Assembly (NCBI GenBank): GCA_963826115.1
Contig: CAWGVS010000012.1
Location: 736,001 to 800,000, forward strand
Direction of reading: 5' to 3'
DNA from: an uncultured Candidatus Rokubacteria bacterium
GTDB taxonomy: Bacteria > Methylomirabilota > Methylomirabilia > Rokubacteriales > DASRDR01
DNA length: 64,000 bases
Positions 1-8,032 of the stretch are shown in pieces. Numbering within the stretch: the first letter of the stretch is position 1; every line of letters starts with the position of its first letter. The notes beneath the pieces are model-generated. The model had not been told where the DNA came from. It worked only from the letters and a program-made list of their open reading frames with translations, and did no database searches. Made by a program: the position numbers and the translations under genes.

Positions 1-633
1 GGTTACGGCGGCGCCGCCGAGCTGGCCGCCCCCGTCCAGCCGGATCTCCTCGCGGGCCCCCCGCCCGAGCCGGCGCTCCCGCGGCCGGTGGCGGTCCCGC
101 GCCCGGGCGAACGCATCCCGGCGCCCGCGCCGCGCGCCGCCGCCCCGCCGGTCCGCGAGGCGCCGATGCCCGGCCGCCCGGTCGGCGGCCCCGCGACGCC
201 GGGTCCGAGCGCGCCGCCGGCCCCGCGCTCCGTGCCGCGGAACGCCGCCGAGGCGTGGGCGGCCATCGTCGCCGAGGTGATCCGCGTCCGGCCGACGCTC
301 GGGCACCTCCTGTCGGAAGGGGTGGTGGTCGACGAGGCGGAGGGCCGGCTCACCGTCGCGGTGCCGAACGGCAGCGCGTTCGTCAGCGATCAGCTGAAGA
401 AGGCGGAGAACCGGGAGCTCGTGCTCGAGACGGCGCGGCGCGTCCAGCCCGGGCTCCGCGACGTGGCGTTCACCGCCGGCGTGCCGGCGGCGAGCGTGCC
501 CGGCGGGACGCATCCGGTGGTCCAGGCCGCGATGGAGTTGTTCGAGGGAGACATCACCCAGGTCCGACCCGCTCCCGGCGCGCGCCCCATCGCGGCCGCC
601 GAGCCGGCGGGCGGCGGCGGGGAGGCCCCATGA
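1..633 (+). CDS. dnaX: DNA polymerase III gamma/tau, C-terminal part (5'-truncated by window)
   Basis: Frame open from base 1; Pro/Ala-rich linker, then a domain ending HPVVQAAMELFEGDITQV; synteny with ybaB-recR; stop overlaps ybaB ATG (ATGA). Confidence 0.8.
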   Translation, partial: GYGGAAELAAPVQPDLLAGPPPEPALPRPVAVPRPGERIPAPAPRAAAPPVREAPMPGRPVGGPATPGPSAPPAPRSVPRNAAEAWAAIVAEVIRVRPTLGHLLSEGVVVDEAEGRLTVAVPNGSAFVSDQLKKAENRELVLETARRVQPGLRDVAFTAGVPAASVPGGTHPVVQAAMELFEGDITQVRPAPGARPIAAAEPAGGGGEAP

Positions 634-947
634 AGGGATTCGGGAATCTCGTCAAGGAAGCCCAGAAGCTCCAGGCGCAGCTCGAGGCGCTGAAGGAAGA
701 GGTGGGAAAGAAGAAGGTCGAGGCCTCGGCCGGCGGCGGGATGGTGGTGGTCGAGGCCAATGGTAACCAGGAGCTGGTGTCGATCCGGATCGACCGCGAG
801 GTGGTGACGCCCGACGATCCGCAGATGCTGGAGGACCTCGTCCTGGCGGCGGCCAACGAGGCGCTCCGCAAGGCCCGCGAGCTGGTCGCGGGCGAGATGG
901 CGAAGGTCACGGGGGGGCTGGGCGGCAAGCTGCCCGGGCTCATGTAG
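630..947 (+). CDS. ybaB: YbaB/EbfC nucleoid-associated protein
   Basis: [15 protein letters not shown]...[12 protein letters not shown]...[12 protein letters not shown]; ATG 630 after GGAGG. Confidence 0.95.
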   Translation: MKGFGNLVKEAQKLQAQLEALKEEVGKKKVEASAGGGMVVVEANGNQELVSIRIDREVVTPDDPQMLEDLVLAAANEALRKARELVAGEMAKVTGGLGGKLPGLM

Positions 948-954
948 AGGGCGC

Positions 955-1554
955 GTGGCCGCGCACCCGCCCGCCGTCGCCCGGTTGATCGAATCGCTCC
1001 AGCGCCTGCCGGGCATCGGCCCGAAGACGGCCCAGCGCCTCGCCTTCCACCTGCTGAAACAGTCGACCGCCACCGTTCAGGATCTCGCCGACGCGCTCGT
1101 CGACGTCAAGGCGAGCGTCGTCCACTGCTCGCGCTGCTTCAACGTGACGGACCGCGACCCGTGCGGCATCTGCGACGACCCGGCTCGCGACGAGGCGGTG
1201 CTGTGCGTCGTCGAGGAGCCGAACGACCTGGTCGCGATGGAGCGGACCGGCGAGTTCCGGGGGCGCTACCACGTGCTCCTGGGGGCCCTGTCCCCGCTCG
1301 ACGGGATCGGGCCGGATGAGCTCAAGGTGCGGGAGCTCCTGGCCCGGGTCGAGGCGAATCACGTGCGCGAGGTGATCCTGGCGACGAACCCGAACGTCGA
1401 GGGAGACGCCACCGCGCTCTACCTCGCGAAGCTCCTCCGGCCCCTCGGGCTCCGGATCACGCGCATCGCGCGCGGGCTCCCCGTCGGCGGCGACCTCGAG
1501 TACGCGGACGAGGTGACGCTCTCGCGAGCGCTCGAGGGCCGCCGCGAGATGTGA
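955..1554 (+). CDS. recR: Recombination protein RecR
   Basis: [13 protein letters not shown] HhH motif, C4 zinc finger CSRC...CGIC, Toprim [14 protein letters not shown]. Confidence 0.98.
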   Translation: MAAHPPAVARLIESLQRLPGIGPKTAQRLAFHLLKQSTATVQDLADALVDVKASVVHCSRCFNVTDRDPCGICDDPARDEAVLCVVEEPNDLVAMERTGEFRGRYHVLLGALSPLDGIGPDELKVRELLARVEANHVREVILATNPNVEGDATALYLAKLLRPLGLRITRIARGLPVGGDLEYADEVTLSRALEGRREM

Positions 1555-1566
1555 CGGCGGCGGCCG

Positions 1567-1923
1567 CTAGCCGCCGGTGAAGAAGCGCTTGATGGACCGG
1601 CCCGCGGACTTCATGCCCTCCCAGACGGACACCCCGAAGCCCTTCGCGCTCTGGCCGACCTTCTCGGCCGCGGGCTTGGTTTCCTTCCCGGCCTCCGCCG
1701 CCCGGTGGCCCACTTCCTTGGCGCCTTCGGAGACCGTCTTGCCGATGCCTTTGGCGGTCTCCTCGACGCCCTTCCCGATCTTCTTCGCCCCCTCGACCAC
1801 CTCACCCGTGCCCTTGGACGGCTGGGCGGCGGCCGCGCCGGGGAGTCCGGCGAGGAGGAGCGCGGCGAGGGCGACGCCGAGCGCGCGGCGGCAGGGGGAG
1901 AAGGAATGCGGTCGTCCCGGCAT
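1567..1923 (-). CDS. Secreted protein with 11-mer amphipathic repeats
   Basis: Signal peptide ending AAA; repeats VVEGAKKIGKG/VEETAKGIGKT/VSEGAKEVGHR. ATG 1923 has a GGAGG SD; the ATG at 1956 overlaps an extended -10 (TGCTACGAT). Confidence 0.7.
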   Translation of the reverse strand: MPGRPHSFSPCRRALGVALAALLLAGLPGAAAAQPSKGTGEVVEGAKKIGKGVEETAKGIGKTVSEGAKEVGHRAAEAGKETKPAAEKVGQSAKGFGVSVWEGMKSAGRSIKRFFTGG

Positions 1924-2015
1924 GTGGGCACCTCCGGTGATGGCCGTCTTTCTCATCGTAGCACCCAGGGCCGGCGCGCCCGGCGACTGACTCCGCGCGG
2001 GCGCGAGGGTCCGAG

Positions 2016-2306
2016 ATGGGGCGCATGCTGGTCGAGTGGGCCGAGACGCTCCTGTTCCTCCTGGCCGGGGGCGTCCTGATCGGCGCGGTGGCCCACCTCC
2101 TCGGCTGGCTCCTCGCCCGGCGGCGGACCGCGGAGCTCGTGTGGCGGGCCTGGAACGTGCTCGGCGCCCTGCTCCTCGGGATCGGGATCCTCGGCATGGG
2201 GTACGCGTGGGTGGAGCTCGGCCTCCAGTCCGGCTGGGGGAGCCTCCTCCTCGGCCTGGGGCTCCTCCTCGCCTCCGCCGGGCTCTGGATGCTCGTCCCG
2301 GTCTAA
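2016..2306 (+). CDS. Small 3-TM membrane protein
   Basis: Three hydrophobic segments, GC3-rich codons, GAGGG SD. Confidence 0.7.
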   Translation: MGRMLVEWAETLLFLLAGGVLIGAVAHLLGWLLARRRTAELVWRAWNVLGALLLGIGILGMGYAWVELGLQSGWGSLLLGLGLLLASAGLWMLVPV

Positions 2307-2344
2307 GCCGCGGGCGCGAGGTTCCGCCGCTCGCGCGGCTGGGT

Positions 2345-2350
2345 TACAAT
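2345..2350 (+). promoter_or_regulatory. -10 element of tRNA-Asn
   Basis: TACAAT 10 nt upstream of the tRNA 5' end. Confidence 0.55.
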
Positions 2351-2360
2351 GCGCGGGCAT

Positions 2361-2697
2361 TCCCCGGTAGCTCAATTGGTAGAGCACGCGGCTGTCGAGT
2401 CGGCAGCGTCCCGGCCGAAAGGCGGGATGGAAAAGCGGGTGAATTCAGGGAACCCTACGTCCGCGAGGATAGGGGAACCCTGAGCGAAGCCCTCGGGCGG
2501 ACGCCGCCCGGGGGACCGTGCAGAGACTAGACCGCAAGGTCGTACTCCGGGGCCCGGGTCGCGGGCGCCGGGGGAAGCGCCCGCCCCCTACGGACGCCCG
2601 ACGGGCGTCTACGGGGATGAGATAGTCCAAGCCCCGCGGAAACGCGGGGGCCCTTGTAACCGCGGGGTTGCAGGTTCGAGACCTGCCCGGGGAGCCA
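2361..2697 (+). tRNA. trnN: tRNA-Asn(GUU), intron-containing (exons 2361-2395 and 2657-2697)
   Basis: Joined exons give a 76-nt cloverleaf: acceptor TCCCCGG/CCGGGGA, anticodon arm CGCGG-CTGT^TAA-CCGCG, T arm GCAGG-TTCGAGA-CCTGC, discriminator G, CCA. Confidence 0.95.
2396..2656 (+). ncRNA. Group I intron (261 nt, no ORF)
   Basis: P1 GCTGT^CG/CGGCAGC with U.G at the splice site; P AATTCAGGGAA 2442-2452; Q AACCCTGAGC 2476-2485; R GTGCAGAGACTAG 2518-2530; S GATAGTCC 2621-2628; P3 GCGGGT/GCCCGC; P9 with GAAA loop; terminal G 2656. Confidence 0.93.
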
Positions 2698-2767
2698 ATC
2701 GCCCGAGGGCCGTCGGCGGTGACGCCGGCGGCCTTCGTGCGTCCGGGGGGGCCGGAGCGGCCGACCG

Positions 2768-3334
2768 TCAGCGCGCGGGCGCGCCGCCGATCAGCGCGGG
2801 CGCCGTGGTGACCGTCGCGAGGAACCCGTTCAGGCTCCCGAGGTGTGTCCGGTGCACCTGGTCGTGCGGCACCACGACCCCGTCGGGTCCCTTGACCGAC
2901 ATCGCGGCCATGGCATCCGAGGCCATGAGGACCTTGAAGCCCCGATGGGCGGCCTCGCGCGCGGTGGTGTCGCAGCACATCTGCGTCATGAACCCCGAGA
3001 CGATCACCTGCTCGATCCCGTGCCGGCGGAGGTGCGCCTCGAGGTCGGTGTTGGTGAACGACCCGGGCAGGTGCTTGGTGACGACGGGCTCGCCCGCGGC
3101 GGGCCGGGCGGCCGGATGGATCTCGAGGGCCGGACTGCCGGGCGCGAACGTGGTGGGATTCGGGCGCCGGCTCTCGTGCACGACGTGGACGACCGGGACG
3201 CCCGCGCCGCGCGCCCACGTGAGGAGATCGGCGATGCGCTCGACGGCGGCGGGGCCGCCGGGGAGGACGACCTTCCCAATCGGCGCGAAGTACTCCTGCT
3301 GAGCGTCAATAACGAGAAGCGCCGTCCTGTCCAT
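2768..3334 (-). CDS. Isochorismatase-family cysteine hydrolase
   Basis: ALLVIDAQQEY, VVTKH..GSFTNTDL, GFMTQMCCDTTAR (Asp-Lys-Cys triad). Confidence 0.92.
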   Translation of the reverse strand: MDRTALLVIDAQQEYFAPIGKVVLPGGPAAVERIADLLTWARGAGVPVVHVVHESRRPNPTTFAPGSPALEIHPAARPAAGEPVVTKHLPGSFTNTDLEAHLRRHGIEQVIVSGFMTQMCCDTTAREAAHRGFKVLMASDAMAAMSVKGPDGVVVPHDQVHRTHLGSLNGFLATVTTAPALIGGAPAR

Positions 3335-3504
3335 CGGGGGGCCTCGCTTTCCGGCGGCGGGCGCCGCGCGGGCGCATGCTACCATGCCGCCTCGGTGGAC
3401 CACTCGCTCGGGACCAGCGGCTTCGGCGGCGTCTCGGGCGTGGTCTCTCTCGCCGCGGCGCCGGCGGCGGTCCCCGCATCGCGCCCGAACGGACGGCGCC
3501 CCGC

Positions 3505-3873
3505 GTGAGCCTCGACCACGCGCGCCAGGAGCCCGGGGGCCGCACGAGTCGCGGCGCCCACGGGCACGGCCATGGTCACGGCCACCACCACGGCGAGGGG
3601 CGCCCGCACCGCGGCCGCCGTGGGTTCATGACCGGCGTGCTCCTGATGGCCGGCAGCTTCCTCGTCTACCCCGCCTATCCGTTCCTGGTCCTCTGGCCGG
3701 TCGGCGAGCGCACGCGCGTGGAGATCACGCTGGTGGCGGCGGCCGTGTCGTGGGCGGTGTTCGGCGCCGGGCTGTACCTCGCGGGCCGGCGCGGATGGGT
3801 GTGGCTGAGGCGGCGGTGGAAGGGGCGTCATCACCACCACGTCGCGCCGCCGCCCCCCGCCGCGCCCCCGTGA
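3505..3873 (+). CDS. His-rich small membrane protein (transporter-suffix-domain-like)
   Basis: HGHGHGHGHHH tract, two TM helices, basic C-terminus with HHHH; GTG start inferred. Confidence 0.6.
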   Translation: MSLDHARQEPGGRTSRGAHGHGHGHGHHHGEGRPHRGRRGFMTGVLLMAGSFLVYPAYPFLVLWPVGERTRVEITLVAAAVSWAVFGAGLYLAGRRGWVWLRRRWKGRHHHHVAPPPPAAPP

Positions 3874-3898
3874 TAGACTCCCCGCCGGACGGCCCACC

Positions 3899-5476
3899 AT
3901 GCTCGATCTCCTGATCGCGGGCGGCCTCGTCGTCGACGGCTCCGGCAACCCCGGCTACCACGGCGCGGTCGGCATCGAGGGTGAGCGGGTCCGGCTCTTC
4001 CGGGGCGCGCTCGACGGCATCCAGGCCCACCGGACGCTCGACGCGACGGGGCGCGTCGTCTGCCCCGGCTTCATCGACATGCACGCGCACTCCGGCCTCG
4101 TGATCCTGGCCGAGCCGCGCCACGAGCCGAAGGTCCGCCAGGGCGTGACCACCGAGGTCATCGGCATCGACGGGTGCTCCTACGCGCCGTTCCACTCGCA
4201 CGCCGACCTCGAGCAGTTCGTCGAGATCAACGCCGGCCTGGACGGCTGCCCGCCGCTCCCGGGGCGCTGGGCGACGGTCGAGCAATACCTCGACCTCTTC
4301 ACGAACCGGGTGGCGGTCAACATCGTCTACCTCGTGGGGAACTCGCCGCTCCGGGTCTGCGCGGTCGGCTGGGACGACCGCCCCGCGCGGCCGGCCGAGC
4401 TCCAGAACCAGCGCGCCCTCCTCCGGACGGCCATGGAGGAAGGCGCCTGGGGGATGTCGACCGGGCTCGACTACCCGCCGGGCAGCTACGCGGACACCGA
4501 CGAGCTCGTCTCGCTGTCGGAGGAGGCGACCCGGCTGGGCGGGATCTACCACACGCACGTGCGCTACAGCCTCGGCGACCGCTTCCTCGACCCCTTCCGT
4601 GAGGCGCTCGAGATCGGCCGGCGGGCCCAGATCCCGGCGCACATCACGCACTTCTACCAGCGGACGACCGCGCCCGGCGGCGCGACCGAGATGCTCGGCC
4701 TGGTGGAGGACGCGCGCGAGTCGGGGCTCGACGTGACCTTCGACGGCTATCCGTACGCGTACAGCTCGACGCGGCTCAACATCGTGATCCCGCAGTGGGC
4801 GTTCGACGGCGGCCTGCCCGCACTCCGCCGCAACCTCGCCGACCCCGCGGCGCGGGCGCGGATGAAGAACGAGATGGGCCCCCGCGCGGCCTCGTGGCAC
4901 GAGATGTGGGTGACCCATTTCAAGCGGCCGGAGCACCACCGCTTCGAGGGCCGCTCGGTCGCCGAGGTCGCCGAGCTGATGGGGCTCGACGTCGTCGACG
5001 CGATCTGCGAGCTGCTCCTGCTGGAGGACCAGCAGGTCTCGTACGTCTCGGCCGGCGCGAACATGGCGACGATGCCGAAGTTCGTGAGCCATCCCCTCTA
5101 CATGGTCGGGAGCGACGCGGTCCTGATCGGGGACTACCCGAGCCCGCGGACCTACGGCGCTTTCCCGGTGATCCTGGGGCAGTTCGTCCGCGACGAGGGC
5201 TGGCTTGGGCTGCCCGAGGCCATCCGGAAGATGACGTCGTTCCCCGCCCAGCGCCTCGGCCTCCCCGACCGCGGGCTCCTTCGCGACGGGTTCAAGGCCG
5301 ACGTCGTGGTCTTCGACGCGGAGACCGTGAAGGCGCCGGCCACCCGGCGGGAGCCGAAGCAGTTTGCGATCGGCATCGAGCACGTGATCGTCAACGGCCG
5401 GGTCGTCGTGGACCGGGGCCACCACACCGGCGCCCTCGCCGGACGGGCCCTCCGGCGCGGGCGCCCCTCCACCTAG
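3899..5476 (+). CDS. N-acyl-D-amino-acid deacylase family amidohydrolase
   Basis: PGFIDMHAHS, GMSTGLDYPPG, HTHVR, MVGSDA, KMTSFPAQRLGL. Confidence 0.92.
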   Translation: MLDLLIAGGLVVDGSGNPGYHGAVGIEGERVRLFRGALDGIQAHRTLDATGRVVCPGFIDMHAHSGLVILAEPRHEPKVRQGVTTEVIGIDGCSYAPFHSHADLEQFVEINAGLDGCPPLPGRWATVEQYLDLFTNRVAVNIVYLVGNSPLRVCAVGWDDRPARPAELQNQRALLRTAMEEGAWGMSTGLDYPPGSYADTDELVSLSEEATRLGGIYHTHVRYSLGDRFLDPFREALEIGRRAQIPAHITHFYQRTTAPGGATEMLGLVEDARESGLDVTFDGYPYAYSSTRLNIVIPQWAFDGGLPALRRNLADPAARARMKNEMGPRAASWHEMWVTHFKRPEHHRFEGRSVAEVAELMGLDVVDAICELLLLEDQQVSYVSAGANMATMPKFVSHPLYMVGSDAVLIGDYPSPRTYGAFPVILGQFVRDEGWLGLPEAIRKMTSFPAQRLGLPDRGLLRDGFKADVVVFDAETVKAPATRREPKQFAIGIEHVIVNGRVVVDRGHHTGALAGRALRRGRPST

Positions 5477-5486
5477 GATCGTCGCC

Positions 5487-6626
5487 GTGAACTTCGACCT
5501 CACCGAGCCTCAGCGCCAGATTCGCGACCTGTGCCGCGACTTCGTCGAGCGCGAGATCCGGCCGCGCGCGGCGGAGATCGACCGCTCGGACGAGTTCCCG
5601 TGGGACCTCTACAAGCGCATGGCGGAGCTCGACCTCCTCGGCATGACCGTGCCCCCGGAATACGGAGGCTCGGGCGCCGACACCGTGAGCTGGTGCATCG
5701 CCCAGGAGGAGCTCGCGCGCGGGTCCGCGGTGGTCTCGGACGCGCAGCTCCTCTGCAAGCTCATGTGCGACATGCTGCTCGCCAACGCCGCGGACGCGCA
5801 GAAGCGCCGCTACCTCCCCGCGATGGTGCGCGGCGAGAAGATCTGCTGCATCGCGCAGACCGAGCCCGGCGCGGGCTCCGACGTCGCGGGGGTGCAGACC
5901 ACCGCCCGGCCGAGCCCGGACGGCGGCTGGGTGCTGAACGGCACCAAGCGCTTCATCACCGAGGCGCTCCTCTGCGACCTGGCCGTGGTCGTCGCGACGA
6001 CCGACCGGACCAAGGGACGGGAGGCGATCGCACTCTTCCTGGTGGAGATGGGCGTGCCAGGCTTCTCGCGGGGCGGCAAGGAGCACCTCCTCGGGATGCG
6101 CGGGCTCGCGACCGGCGAGCTCGTCTTCGACGAGTGCCGGGTGCCGGCGGACGCCCTCATGGTCCCGCCGGGCGCGGGCTTCCGCCGCGCGATGATCTCG
6201 CTCGACAGCGGGCGGATCGGGATCGGCGCCCAGGCGGTGGGCATCGCGCAGGCCGCCATGGAGGCGGCGATCCGCTACGCGAAGGAGCGCTCGGCCTTCG
6301 GCCAGCCGATCGCCGGCTTCCAGGCCATCCAGTTCATGCTGGCCGACATGTCGGCGGCGATCGAGGGCGCGCGGCTCCTCCTGCGCCGGGCCGCCTTCCT
6401 CAAGGACCAGGGGCGGCCCATCATCCGCGAGGCCGCGGAGGCGAAGCTGGTCGCCGCCGACATGGCCCAGCGGGTCGTGACCGACGCCCTCCAGATTCAC
6501 GGGGCCGCCGGCTTCTCGACCGAGTTCCCGCTCGAGCGGCTCTACCGGGACGTCCGCGTCTACCAGATCTGGGAGGGCACGAGCCAGATCCAGCGGGTCG
6601 TGATCAGCCGCCAGCTCTTGAAGTAA
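5487..6626 (+). CDS. Acyl-CoA dehydrogenase
   Basis: TEPGAGSD, NGTKRFIT, FGQPIAGFQAIQ, IWEGTSQIQR. Confidence 0.95.
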   Translation: MNFDLTEPQRQIRDLCRDFVEREIRPRAAEIDRSDEFPWDLYKRMAELDLLGMTVPPEYGGSGADTVSWCIAQEELARGSAVVSDAQLLCKLMCDMLLANAADAQKRRYLPAMVRGEKICCIAQTEPGAGSDVAGVQTTARPSPDGGWVLNGTKRFITEALLCDLAVVVATTDRTKGREAIALFLVEMGVPGFSRGGKEHLLGMRGLATGELVFDECRVPADALMVPPGAGFRRAMISLDSGRIGIGAQAVGIAQAAMEAAIRYAKERSAFGQPIAGFQAIQFMLADMSAAIEGARLLLRRAAFLKDQGRPIIREAAEAKLVAADMAQRVVTDALQIHGAAGFSTEFPLERLYRDVRVYQIWEGTSQIQRVVISRQLLK

Positions 6627-6726
6627 CGGCGGGGTCAGACCTCGCCGTCCGGACACCGCGGGGGCATCGCGGCGAATTGTTTCGAACGCGAAGCCGGACC
6701 CCACCACCCAAAGCGAGGATGGTCCA

Positions 6727-7509
6727 GTGAGCACTCTGACGCCCACGAAGAACCTGCTCGATCTCTCCGGCCGCGTCGCCGTCGTGACCGGCGGCACCAA
6801 GGGCATCGGGGAGGCGATCGTTCGCCACCTCGCCGCCGCCGGTGCTCGCGTCACCGCCGTGAGCCGCTCGGCGCCCGGAGCCGCCTCGGGGTCGCCCCGG
6901 GACGGCGAGGTCGTCACGCTTGCCGCCGACGTCGCCCGGAAGGCCGACGTCGACCGCGTGGTCGAGACGGTCGTCGCCCGCCACGGGACCGTGGACATCC
7001 TGGTCAATTGCGCGGGCACCGCGAAGCGCGCGCCGGCCCTCGACCAGGCCGAGGCGGACTGGGAGTACATGATCGAGTTGAACTTGAAGGGCACGGCGTG
7101 GGCGTGCCGGGCGGTGGCGCCCATCATGCGCCGGGCCGGCCGCGGGCGGATCGTCAACATCACGTCGATCGGCGCGGAGTTCGGGCTCGTCAACCGCGCC
7201 GCCTACTGCGCGACGAAGGGCGCGGTCGCCCAGCTGACGCGCTGCCTCGCGCTCGAGTGGGGCCCCTACGGAATCACCGTGAACGCGGTCGGCCCCGGGG
7301 TCACGGTGACGCCGCTGGTGCGGCCGTTCCTCGACGCCAATCCCGGCAAGGAAGACCTGATGAACCGGAAGATTCCGCTCGGCCGCCTCGGGAAGCCCGA
7401 GGACATGGCGGGGGCCGTCGCGTTCCTGGCGTCGGACCTCGCCGCCTACATCACCGGCCAGACCATCTACGTCGACGGCGGGTGGGGCGTTGGCGACCGC
7501 GACTGGTGA
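6727..7509 (+). CDS. SDR oxidoreductase
   Basis: TGGTKGIG, NCAG, YCATK, GQTIYVDGG. Confidence 0.95.
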   Translation: MSTLTPTKNLLDLSGRVAVVTGGTKGIGEAIVRHLAAAGARVTAVSRSAPGAASGSPRDGEVVTLAADVARKADVDRVVETVVARHGTVDILVNCAGTAKRAPALDQAEADWEYMIELNLKGTAWACRAVAPIMRRAGRGRIVNITSIGAEFGLVNRAAYCATKGAVAQLTRCLALEWGPYGITVNAVGPGVTVTPLVRPFLDANPGKEDLMNRKIPLGRLGKPEDMAGAVAFLASDLAAYITGQTIYVDGGWGVGDRDW

Positions 7510-7945
7510 GGCGGCCGCCCGCGACTGGGGGCCCGCGCTCCGGGCGATCCCCCTGGGTCACACGGAGTCGGTCCGGAAGACGATCGGCGAGACCGACGTG
7601 TACCTCTTCGCCGGCATCACCGGCGACTTCTCGGGGGTGCACGTCGACGAGGAGTTCGCGAAGGGGACGCGCTTCGGCGGGCGCATCGCTCACGGCGCCC
7701 TCCTGGTGGGCTTCGTCTCCACGGTGATGGCCCGGATGACGGCCCTTCTCCCGCCCCCCGGCGGCGTCTCCACCCGCTACGAGGTGAAGTTCGTCGGGCC
7801 GGTCCGGATCGGCGACACCGTGACCACGGCGCTCACGCTCGCCGAGACGCGGCCCGAGCGGCGCGAGCTCGTCTTCCGCGCGCGCGCGTCGAACCAGCGC
7901 GGCGAGACCGTCCTCGAGGGGCAGACCGTCATGAAGCTCATCTAG
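7490..7945 (+). CDS. MaoC/PhaJ-like hot-dog dehydratase
   Basis: FAGITGDFSGVHVDEEFA...GRIAHG; start uncertain. Confidence 0.88.
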   Translation: MATATGEAAARDWGPALRAIPLGHTESVRKTIGETDVYLFAGITGDFSGVHVDEEFAKGTRFGGRIAHGALLVGFVSTVMARMTALLPPPGGVSTRYEVKFVGPVRIGDTVTTALTLAETRPERRELVFRARASNQRGETVLEGQTVMKLI

Positions 7946-7987
7946 CGCGCGGAGCGCCCGCGGCGGGCCGGCCGCGGCGGGGCCGCG

Positions 7988-7996
7988 TGCTATACT
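7988..7996 (+). promoter_or_regulatory. Extended -10 promoter of glcDEF
   Basis: TGCTATACT upstream of the GAGGAGG SD and ATG 8033. Confidence 0.6.
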
Positions 7997-8032
7997 CCGG
8001 GCACCGAGCCAGCTCCTCGCGAGGAGGTGTCC

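Noticed and set aside
2396-2656. Homing endonuclease or coding ORFs across the intron (2036-2530, 2445-3218)
   Set aside because: Too short and no nuclease motifs; these are shadow ORFs over structured RNA.
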